Shown: positions 37,674 to 49,800 of the stretch, in pieces
Numbering within the stretch: position 1 is the stretch's first letter
Layout: every line of letters begins with the position of its first letter
Source: Lingula anatina
Taxonomy: Eukaryota > Animalia > Brachiopoda
Length of the DNA stretch: 64,000 nucleotides
Assembly: GCA_051362555.1 (NCBI GenBank)
Contig: CM120642.1
Coordinates: forward strand, 17,794,001-17,858,000
Reading direction: 5' to 3'
The notes under the pieces: model-generated
What the model saw: the letters and a program-made list of their open reading frames with translations, nothing else
Told to the model about the DNA's origin: nothing
The model's database searches: none
Translations under genes and position numbers: made by a program

Positions 37674-38772
37674 GGTGTCCTGTGGATCTGCTGAAAGCTG
37701 GCTTTAAATGTCCACTGCTCTGTTCCGATTACTTTTCCAGGGGCCTTTTGCGATCTCCAAACGGGCAGCTAGCTCTAATAAAGTGTGTCGCCAAATAAAC
37801 TCAGTTATGTCAATAGTTATAGAGCAAAGAAAAGATTTTCAAAGGAGTTTGCCCTTTTTTGTTATTCAAATCCTCCTCCAATGTAATGCAAAATGCAGTG
37901 AGCTGTAGCAAACTTTTCCAGTCTCAGCGAGCTAACAACAGCGTTACCTGTTGATTCACCCTACTGTTAGTGCAAGTTTTCTATTATGTTAGTCAGCTCT
38001 TTTATGACTGCCTCTGTGTCCCTGTCACAAATAGTGTTGACCGTCCAACATTCAAAAACTTTTCTCATTGGTTACAGTACCCTCATTGAATAGGGCTGGG
38101 TATGCTAATTAAGCCCTCGGCTGGAGAGTCATTCACAGATTTGGTTAAGTTAAGGTGGGGTCAAATAAGCGGCACCCGTACCACCATCACTAAATAGGAT
38201 AGAGGCCCAGTAAAAAAAACCCCAAAAATTCCTATACACTAACAGGATCTTTTCTTTGTACTGATCCCAGTGGAAAATCACTGCTGATAATAAATGTCCA
38301 ATAAATGGGCTGCGAACAGGCTGAAAAGGTAAATAAAATAGAGAACGGTTGGTGATAAAAATAACTGCTCAGGTGGATGCTTCTTTTGCACCCCCATGGC
38401 AAAATTTCCTCCTAATTCCTCTCCGGTGAAGAGAATAGTTGTATAGCATGCAATGTATGAGGTCAAAAAGACAGTAAAATGACCTGTATGAGGCATTTCA
38501 TGCTGTCTGTATAGCATTAACTGTTTGTTTAAAATAGTCTGCCTGTTTCTTTAACAATGGACCCACACACTTGAACAAAAGTTATTAGGGTCCTGTATAA
38601 GGTAACTGTATATTCTAAGTATGCACATATGTGTACAATGCAATTTCAGGTGCAACAATTTACACATCCAGCCTCTTATCTGCAATCTTTATGGCTTGCA
38701 AACTACTGTACAGTACTGTTTGTGATTCTCATTCATATCATGTAGAATGTCATATGTACAATTTGACTCTAA

Positions 38773-39227
38773 GGGCGCATTCAGATTCACACTTCATACT
38801 AGTTGGGACGGTCCAAGTCTGCGGGGGATTCTCACTGAAGTGCAATCAGTGGAATCAGCTTAATCAACACACACTTGTTAATTTCTCCCTTAGTTGCTTG
38901 AGGAGATGTGTCAGCCAATTAAGATGATTCCACTGATTGCACTTAAGCAAGAATCCCCCACAGAGTTAGAGGGACCCAGCTACTATGGCTCTATTCCCAT
39001 AGATTTTAGATCGATCTATCCCCGCGGGGAGTCTCACTAGATTACTTTCAGATAATCCGACTTAAATGTCCGTCCCGCCTACTACAAGCTGTAAGGGGGT
39101 AATTAACTTTCGTGTCCGCCCGGCTGACAGCTATTTAGTGTGAACCCCCAGGTAGTTAGGTCGATCTAAAGTAGGTCGATCTAATCTATGGAAATGGGGT
39201 GTATGATGTGTGAATCTGAATGTGGTC
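38773..39227. mobile_element. Palindromic host MITE interrupted by D1
   Basis: CATTCAGATTCACAC..CATAC-TAGTTGGG pairs with CCCAGCTA-[insert]-TGATGTGTGAATCTGAATG; internal AGTGCAATCAGTGGAATC / GATTCCACTGATTGCACT. Confidence 0.75.
38986..39201 (-). mobile_element. MITE family D1 nested in another MITE (TA duplication)
   Basis: Inverted copy of 31297; TA at 38984-38985 and 39202-39203. Confidence 0.85.
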
Positions 39228-42136
39228 AAAGACAGATATGGAGGGGGTGGGGGCAGAAGAGAGCAGGACATGAATACATTTTGAAACTGCAAGCTAAATG
39301 AGTACACCTTTAATATTTCAGCTTCAGTGGTGATATTTACCACCAGGTGACTTTATTAAATTACTTGAAGAAGAAGAATTACTTTACATTAATTTGGGTT
39401 AAAACAGTTTTGCAGCCTCAGGATTAATTTTCTTACATCCAGAGAGAGAGAAACTGCGTCACTTCAGATAGCTCCCAGATTGGTTAAATTATTGTAGAGA
39501 AATTTTCACATCAAAAATTGCTCGATTAATTTATACTGAAATCTGACAATCATGGTTTAAATTTCCTCCCCTTTTAAAGTACATGTATAAACAGTATAAT
39601 TGTTGATTGTGTAATCCTTTTAACATAAGCCACTGCATTTTCCCCCCATTTTGCAACCAGGACATGATCAAAAGAGTCGCTCTACATCCCTTTACATTAG
39701 ATTACAATTTATGCAGTAATTGACCAAGTCTTCCCAACAGTACATTTAGTCATAGTACCAAATGAGACATGCTCAAACATTTATCAAAAGGGGAGAATAA
39801 GGACACATAATAAAGGCCACCACAATGATGACGTAACAGGACATAATTTGCAATGGTAATGGTTTAATTAACATGACCACCCTGGGAAATAACTGACAAC
39901 TATGACAAGTATACAGATGACTCAGGGGTGTTACTGGATACCTTATTGTCTGGGAAACAGGACACATTTTCAATTTTCCTCAAGAATTTTAAGTTGTGAG
40001 ATTTTTTGGCCATCTTGGATTTTGCCTATTAGAACTATTCATGGTGTGATTTATAATTCTCGTAATCTGTTAATAATATACTGTGACTTTACATTATACA
40101 GCAATTTATATGCCTGTGGCTCAGATAAGTATAAAACGAATTACTACTGCTATTTACATTTAAGTTTTTTATCAAGTTGTCTTTGTATACTGTACACAAG
40201 ATTTTTACAAAACGGAAGTCGATAACAACAGATGATTAATTGAAACTTGTAATTTTCCACTGGTCTTTGATTAAGAATTAACATCGCAAATGCACATAAA
40301 GTGAATAGTTTTTATTTTATTCAAAAATTTAGTCTATTTGTAATGCAAGGCTACACACATCTTATTAATTAAATCTTTAACAAAGTAATTATTCATAATT
40401 TGTAAACTATTTATTATCTAGTTAATCAAACTTAACTGGATAATTTAAATCATATCTTTAAATGTAAGTAACTATATTGTACATGGATGAAACTGCCATT
40501 GAGAGAAAAAGTCTGAAAATATGGCATGGGGGTTGAGATCTACCCCCCCCCCCCCTCCCCCAGGATAAATATCTGGAAAACTGTCTGGGAGTAGCCCAGC
40601 ACTTTGTCAATATGCAAAACAGAGATAAGTAAAGATCGATATTTCAAAAGTGAAACGTAAATTGACATAACATTTTAAGGGATAGATGAAAAGTGAAAAA
40701 CGACTTGCATTAAGTCAATTCTACATCAGAAATGATTTAACGATCTTCTATCCTGATAACAGATGAGGTAAAAACTGACTATAAAATACAAGAGGTAGGC
40801 AAACAAATTAGGAAGAGCCATTAAATGTAGTCATAAAAAATACAGGATATTGATTGGGAATTGCTTGCAATTCATGTTTTTATGACCACCCAGAATAGCA
40901 CAGTTTTTATCATTTCTAAAAAATAATCTGCACCAATGTGAAGTGCAAATACATCCCAGAAAAAAAATCTACCTGATATATAATAGTTTTTCACATCCTT
41001 ACAACATTACAGAAATGCAACTTAGACAAAAAGCCAAAGCAAATTACTGCAGTATAACTAATGCTTCACAGTTTTACATTTAAGAAGCAACGCTTGTGCA
41101 AGCAATTTAATTTGTTAATGTGTATATGAATGTGTTAGTTGGAAGGTCTCGAGTACCAGTGTAGCAATTTCAGTGGCAGACTGCTAGATTAGCAAAGGCA
41201 ACCTACTCATACTGCTAAGGAATATAATTTCCATTTTAAAGAGAACATTTCATTTTTTTTCTTTAAACTTTTTAAAAAACATTTATTTCTTTTAATAATT
41301 CAGAACTCAATAACATTAGTTTACAGCATTTAGCAAATATAACAACATTTAAATGCATGCCATTTAAAACCAATGGCAATTACACACTCAATTTATCAAT
41401 TGAGTTGAGTCACCACATCTAAAATAAAAATGCAGTTTTCATAACATTATATTTTCTCTGCCTTTTCACAAAGTCATTGACTTAAATCATGTTTCTTAGC
41501 ATGTAATTATGCCCCAAAGCCTCATGTTGTTTTTAGCAAAGTTATGTACTGGTACCCCTCTTCAAAAATTCCAATTTCTCAGTAACTGAAAATGCAACAA
41601 TGCCTGTAACTGTGCACTTGGCTTAAATCATCAGCAAAAGACAGTCAAAATCTCCAATCCATCTATCAAATTAAATATTCTGAGTTTGCATCTGTGTAAA
41701 ATACATAGTGGAATTATACTAGAAAATTACCACAAAACAAAGGAAATTTCTTCATTCCCCCCCCCTCCCCCCTTTCCCATTATACCAAAAACGCATCAAA
41801 AGTCCATCAAACTAACAAACCAGCTGTACATGGTCTTATCATATAATTAACTCTTTCAACTACTTTCAAAAATGTTGAAATGATTACTGATACTCAGATT
41901 CTTTCATAATGCTACACAATCAGCATTCTAATATACATGCTAGCTGACTGTTCACTAAACATAATCACAAATTGGTATCATATTTTTTTCTTTCTTCTTT
42001 GAACATTTTCTGTTGTATTGATATCTCTGTATGTGAACTGTTAGATCTAAAGGTTCTCAGTCCTTTCCAAAATAAACTATGTCCTCCCCTCTCCCCACTG
42101 AGTTTCATCAATAACAATAATATACACTTTAGTTAA

Positions 42137-42471
42137 AGGGATAATAACTCTTTGTTTCGGCCAAAAAAATGAATTTTCCTGGAGTAAACAACAATTTTCC
42201 CATACTTACCAATGGTAAATGAATCCATTTTTACATTCAAAGTTAGTCCTTGGTTTTTTTCTAAAAAGTTTGGTTTTTTGTTAAAATCTCTTAAGAGATT
42301 TTAACAGAGTATAGCCATCGGAGGTCACGTGGTCTAAAGACAAGCTCGGATATCAGAATAATACCTATAACTGCCGTTTGTGTGGTAAAACAGAATATAT
42401 TATATTTATATGAGTTATTCACAATGTTTTTATTGTGAAATATAGATATCATACAAAGAGTTATTATCCCT
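42137..42471. mobile_element. TTAA-flanked MITE (Kolobok-like)
   Basis: Perfect 19-bp TIR AGGGATAATAACTCTTTGT / ACAAAGAGTTATTATCCCT with TTAA on both sides. Confidence 0.85.
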
Positions 42472-42509
42472 TTAAGTAAATATGAAAGCCCAAGTACTGT
42501 ACACAAAGG

Positions 42510-42784
42510 TGGCATTCAGAACAGATGATCTGCGAACTAACTGATCCTGGGACTAAATATGGCTGACCCCACTGAAAAGTAAAACCGCCTTATATCTTAA
42601 TGGTTTCCCCGCCTACGCATGGATTAAATCTGGGCTTCCAGGTTTAATTGCAGGGCCCCTGCAGGGAAGGTGTGGGGAGGCAGGGAGACCATTAGGGTAT
42701 TAAGTGGCTTTTCTTTTAAGTGGACTTGGCCATATTTAGTCCGCGGATCAGTTAGTCTGCTGATGGTCGGTTCTGAATGCTGTC
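42510..42784. mobile_element. ~275-bp imperfect palindromic MITE in the GCNA 3' region
   Basis: GCATTCAGAAC / GTTCTGAATGC, ACTAACTGATCC..GGACTAAATATGGC / GCCATATTTAGTCC..GGATCAGTTAGT and AATGGTTTCCCCGCCT / AGGCAGGGAGACCATT pair symmetrically. Confidence 0.8.
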
Positions 42785-42956
42785 AAATACACTTTGTCTA
42801 CCTGAGTTTGTTAACCCTAAGCATAGTTCACCATTGAATAGGGGACTAACTAGTCCCAGGATCAAATATGGCAAATTACTACAAAGCTATTTTGAATGGG
42901 ACCACTGAATATGCCATGTTGCCATGTTATCAAATGGAAACTGCCTCCATTTCAGT

Positions 42957-43735
42957 CTATGCAATTTTAGAGCTGGCAAACTGTTCACTTAACTGCCTCA
43001 TGACATCTTTGTGCTGGAGTCCTTTCTGACCCGCTTTGATGGTGCTGTAGTTTTCTTTAACGAACTTTGCAAATGGCGTCAGAGCCTTGGTTGTAGATGG
43101 AGTGGACTTGGAGCCATCTTTGGAGTTAATTAACAGTTCAAATGTCCCTCTGCAGTGTCCACAGACCTTCTTGGTTATGTCCAGTGACTTGGAGTGACGG
43201 CCAAATCTGAAGTTATTAAATAAATAATAAAGAAAAAGAAAAAAGTATGCATCTATAAGTATGTATCACAAATTTTTCCCCATGCATATTTTTAGATGAT
43301 GCTCTTCCCATGAAATATTATTTCATTTCATTAAATAATGACTAGTTTTCTACTGACAATTCATAACATAAAATGGGGAAATGGACTTGCAACTGAATGC
43401 TATAAAACCCTTGGCTCATCAAATCACAACAGTTAAATAAAAATTCTGATCATATCTATGTCCACCTGGAAACTCATCGATACACTGATGGATATTTTAA
43501 AGCTAAAACAACATTCCTGTGCAAAAAGGGACTATGTGTAACTTACTGGTAGCTACAGTTGGTACACCTGTACGTGTACTTGGTTTGTATGGCATATGTG
43601 TGACACCTGGAAATCACTGGAAGATCTGGGTGGACCACATTGGCCTTCTTGGCCCTGGAAGAGAACAAACTGAATGAGAAATTGTATTTATGTCAGAAAA
43701 TAAAGACAAGTTTAGGAAAATTCTCATACATTTGG

Positions 43736-43786
<51 letters not shown>

Positions 43787-46700
43787 TGTGTGTGTGAAAG
43801 TGGAACACATGACAGCTTCTCCCAATTTCAGTAACATCCCTGTGTAAGCAGCATACATGGTCTCCAAAAGCCCAGGTAAGCTATAATATTATACCAGTTG
43901 TGTGGATAAAGTACTAGACTATACAATACAACATTATATATGAAAGAGCTTTTATACAAAGCATAAGAAAAATTAAATTCAGTTTGGACTCTCTTTGAAA
44001 ATGTGTTACCTTCATCTCCAATTTTTTTTTCAAACCAAATTAAAAAAAAAATAATCCTTTTTCTCTCACCAGTATTTCCAGTATGGTCCATGTCCATCAT
44101 TTTTACCATTTAACAACCAGACTGCTGCATGACACATCTCATGTATCAGGGTATTTCTCACTCGCTCTGGAAGAGAGAGATTTATCTTTATACCCAGGAT
44201 ATGTTGTTGAACAAGATACAGAACTCTGGTATTTGCTTTAAAATGATTGCGAAACACCACTCTTTCATTTTCTTCTTATCAATTACTACATGTAATAATC
44301 GTAAAAACAACATTTTTAAAAGATCATTTAAACAAATATAACCAAAAGTAATAAAATAAATAAAAGGGCAAACTGAGGAATAATTTCAATAATTTAACAG
44401 CAGTTACCTGCAGAATCACAAACTTTATCTGACAGTTCAATCCTAGCTGTCCTTTCCTCTGCTGTTCCTCCTTTAACTCTTTTGTAAGCACAGTATCCAG
44501 CAGTCTTCAGAAGTCTTTTGTTCCACAGGATGTTCAAATCTTTGGGCAACTGTAACATTTAAAATTCCCCCGAGACATGAATGATGTTACTAAACAATAT
44601 CATGCTTTTAGTGCTGATTTTATTGAGGTTGAATTTTTTTCCTAAAATTCACAGCTACTATAAAAAAAATTAGCAACCGTACAAATTTTGAAAAAAAAAA
44701 AAAAATAAATAAAAATAAATAAATAAAAAAAGGATTAAATATGCTCCTTGATAACTGACATGACATAGTACAATGCAAAGAATTTTTATGAAAATTCCTC
44801 GGCATATATTAGCCAACAATTTTGATTTTTCACAGCAAAATCAAGCAAACTCAACAAAGTCAGGGGTTGATTTTCCTGTAACTCATTTACAGTAATGAAA
44901 AGAATACAGACAACAACAACAAAATGCATCAAAGAAGTCGATGAGTTTAATGCATATTTCAGTATTATTAATGCATAACGGTATACTTACCTTATCTTCA
45001 AACACTGTACTGTTATACAGCTTGTATAACATGGTGGTGAGAGACTTCTTTTGCAGCTGGAAATTACTAACAAACCTGGAATTAAACAAAATTTTCCAAA
45101 AACTATAAAAATTATCAGAATGTTACCTCTAAACTATTAAACAAAAAAATACTTTTTATCCTCAGCAGCTTGTATAATTGAAAAGTGAGAGTCCCTTGTG
45201 CATCTGACAGTGAATAAAAAGCGAAAGATTAAACATAATTTTAGTTAAATGTGTCATCAGCACATCTCTCAGCCAAGATTGAAACAAACAGTATTTTTAA
45301 AACCAGAACGGCTGTTCAGAAGAGAACTCTCACCAACTGCAATCAGTCAACCAGACAGTTAAACCAGGAATTCAGTTGTTTCAGATTGAAGTTACTGGTG
45401 AGAGATGGTGTCAGTATGGAATGTGATCACTGGCCTTCTGAGATTAATCATACAAAACACCAGCAAGAAATTTTACTATACTAATCTGAGAAATTGCATC
45501 AAATATATTCCTCACATAAATATTCAAAGACCTCAGTCACAAAGCATTTCTGTAGTGAACGGTACAGAAACCCCAGGCAAAATAAACAGAGAATTTATAT
45601 CAATAACCTTCTTTATTTTCTCTTAGCCACTAATAAAGTAATATATAACATACTTCCTGGCTTCAGGGTCCCTCTTGTGTTCAGCGACATCTGGTGACAG
45701 AGACTTTAGGAAGCTCAGGTGTCTCGGCTGACCATCAGTGGACTGTGGCCTGATCTTGGCTTCTGTTGACTGTTGTAGGGTTCTTGGAATGAAGCTTGTC
45801 TTTGCTAAAACTACATGAATTTCAAAATCTATATATATATATACATATATAAGATACAGCCTGTGAGAGGAAAATTTGAAATTGTTTTAATTATAGTCCA
45901 TATAACTCATATGTTAAATTTGATGTATTTCAAAAATTAAAGGGGCCTTTGGCTTGATGTGAATATAAAGATAAAAATAAAGAGTCTGATATATTTCAAG
46001 ACTAGTGTTATAACATAAAAACAATAGTCAGAGAAGAATTTCATCAGCTGTGTTTTGTTATAAGCATACAGTAATTTTTTTTAAATCAACAGTTTAATAC
46101 TGAAAAAGTTTGGTCGTAAGCTAACGGTATGAAAGACTTTCCGCTTGTGTTTGATAATTTTCATCTATGATACTTTATTTTTATAAAAACAATTGTGAGA
46201 CAGTTGTCATAAAAGATAAAGACTCACTTTTGGGCTTTCTCGGTATCACACTGGGAGTTTTGAAAACATCCTCAGATCCCTCTGATTGAGGAGAGGATTT
46301 ATTCTGAATGCCAGAGGTAACATCTGATAATGGAGTCTTGAAAACCTCCAGGTCTTCAGAAACCTGTAAAAAAAGTTTAAAAGTACATTCCTTGTCTCAT
46401 GTTTACCTTTTAGAGAAAGAAAAATACAGTTCCATCTAGACTAATGAAACCTCAAAGAAAAACGAAATTTGATAATGGAGTCTTGAAATAATTCAGGTCT
46501 TCAGAAACCTGTCACAAATGTGTTTACCTTAGAGTTAAAGGTATGAAATAAAGACACACAGTTGCAATTCTAATGAAATCTCAAAGAAAATACAAATTCA
46601 AAGTACCTGTACAATTATTTTTAGTGACATAAAAGACACTCATCGCTTTATTTATAAACATAAATGTAACAAGTCTATGTTTAAATTACATAGAACCATG

Positions 46701-46793
46701 GTTTACAGGGGCAGATCCAGACACAATTTCTGACAGTCTTCCAAATGTTCTTAGTTGACCCATTTCATTTTTCCCCATTTTTGATAGTCTTTG

Positions 46794-46826
<33 letters not shown>

Positions 46827-49800
46827 TGTCAGAGTGAACTTAAAACATTCTGACCATCTTCCAGAAGACCCTTTAAGATGTCCTCTGTCCGCCCCTGGTT
46901 TTTACCTTTGATGTTGTCTTCCTCTTTCCTTTCCCAGTGCTTCTGCTGGTGATACGATTCAGCAAGCTGTCAGTGTAATTGTAGAAAGTGCTATCATCAG
47001 AGTCACTACTCATGTCTGAATCTGAGATGATAAACTCTTCCAAACTGAAACAAAAATTAAAGTAAGTGCATTGTTAATTAGTTGTAAGTCTTAAAAGTTG
47101 AAAAAATAAAACATAGTTCATGCAAACAGGAATATCGTGAAGATTAATGAGGTTTTCTGAGCACATTCATAACTTATGCTAATGAGTACATCATGATTAT
47201 AATAAAATACTGGCAAATGTTAATATCATTTACAATTTTTTGTTGCCAATTTGTTTTTACTTACCAAAGCATAGCTTGGTAACAGAATATCAGTTTATTA
47301 ATTAAATTGATAAACTCAATATTTAAACTTTAAGTGGAAAAAACAGTACAGAAAGTAAAAAACGTATAAAAACCTGACTGTATATATGTTTTTTACCTAG
47401 CCTGAGATACATGTTTTGGCTTAACTGGGGTTTTCATCTTTGAAAAGACTGGAAATATAAAGAACATATCATAAATACAATGCCTTGCATATTAACTATC
47501 ATATCGAACATTTTTACTAAGTCGAGCCAAACAACCAAAGATCACATCATGCAATTTAAACAATATAACACTTAATTCACCTGGCTGTATGTTCATTTCA
47601 GGATAAGTCATGATATCATTTTTGTTAATTACACTGAAAACTTTAAATATGATACCATGTATTAACCTTGAGACAGCTAGGAAAAGATATCATTATTCAT
47701 TGCGATTTACGGTATCCTTACATGATTCTAATGCTTCATCATCACTGGAGGCACTGTCATGATGTACAGTCCTGGTGAAAAAAAATGAAACAGTTTATTA
47801 ACAAGTTGCACAAGACAACAAAAAAGTATATGCATCTTTTTATACCATATTAACAAAACGACACTTGTGACTGAACAACATGACTGTATAATACACCTAA
47901 CAAATGCCATTTTGAGAAAACTACTGTATATTCATTGTAAGGGAAATAATTTTCAAAAAATTAAAGTCAATCACAAAAACGTGACTTTTAATTTGGAAAA
48001 AAACAACAACAGTAGGTATGTTAAACAGTTATGGAAATATAACACAAAATGTGTGCATCAGTAAGGACTCAGAAAATCACTTTTTGTGGAAGAGAAAAAA
48101 AATGCATACTAGTAATAAAATGTGTGTTGCAGCACATTTCGCTTAAAGAATTGCCCCTACACCTAAACATGAAGACGGTACTAAATAAAACATACCTGGA
48201 ACTCCTTGCCCTTACTGCACACTTTGGGGTATCTTGAGTAGAATTTTGAGTAACAGAGGTGATCTTGTTGGTAGTTGGTTCTTGAAGAGAAATTGAGGAG
48301 AGGTCAGACTCTGAGAGATCACTTAAATCATCAGCCTGAGATGATGCTTTTTCTTCAACATGTTTCAACTCCTCTTTCCGACTGTCCATATGAACTGCAT
48401 CTTGAAATTCATTCTGTTCACTGTCAACATTATTTTCATTATTATCAAGTCCACTGATTCTATCCACACCACTACTAACATCATCTAAACTGTTGTCACT
48501 TTCGTCATCAGTAAGCACCATTCCAGTGTTGCTATCATCGGAAATCTTGTTATATTTGGATTGCTTCTTCTTCAAATGATGGTTTAACAATTCATGGGGT
48601 TTAATCTTCTCTTTCTCTCTCTTTGGTATTTTCAAATTCTCAAAACTGTCACTTATGGACGACACAGATTTTTCACATGGGCTGGAATTGTCACTTGAAA
48701 CATCAGATACACTACCCAGATTGCTTTTATGTTGACCATCTTGTAGCTGATGAAGGTTGAAGTTCACTGCCTTCCCAGTTGCAGATCCTTCAAATTCATT
48801 TGGAGAAATCTCCAGGGTACTATTTCTACTACCTTTATTGTCATTCTCCCCTTCCTTGTCGTCTGTCACACTGTTTTCATTATCCAGCTCCTTGTCATCT
48901 ATTACACAGTTGTCATTCTCTTGTTCCGTGACATTTGTCTCACTGTCACCATGCCCTCTTTCTGGGTCACCTGTCACAGTGTCAAAGGCATCCTGAAACA
49001 TGTTCTCCTCATTGCTACTTGCCTCTGAACTGTATGTTGGCGGGACCACATCCAGGGCATCATGGTACACTGATATGCGAGGCTTTCTGCGATTAAAGTG
49101 TGAGGCAAGGTGTTGCCCCATGTCCACTCCATTAAAGTCGAGTTTATCACTTGATTTTGTGGATGATTCAGGAATTCTGCCAGCATCTTGGGTGTCACTG
49201 TCATGGTGGGAACTTTCATTTGGGTTATACCTGTTCAAATCTAGTTTATATTTATGGTTTCCATCATCTGAGGAAATGATATGCTCTAAGTCAAGTGATT
49301 CTTGAACACCCATGTCATTATTGATTTTAGAAGAATCCACGTCTTCTGAGCAGAAAGAATCTGGGACAAACTTGGCATTGGAATCGCCTGGTATGGTGGA
49401 ATTCCCATTCTTTGACTGTAAGGTGTCAGGTACCATCTCTTTACTGGTACTCAGGAGGGAGGTTGTACCCTCTTCTTTAGGGGCCAAGGAATCTGGTATA
49501 AAGTCTTCACTTTGGTCCTGAACAGATCTAGCTCGGTCATTTTTAGGCTGTAGGGTATCTGGTATACAATTGATACTGGAATCCTCTGTAGAATTTCCTC
49601 TTTCATTTTCAGAGCACAAGGAAACCTGGAGGCTTTTGTCTGTTTTGCAAGTTGATTCCAAAGTGGCTCTATTTCCTTGACTCTCTGAAGCATGGGGTCC
49701 ATTTTCTGTGGAATCCAACTCCATCTTGACATCCTCTTCATCATCAACAGCAATTTTCTTGGATTGTGGAAAAAGTTGACATGCCAAAGGCAACTCAGAG

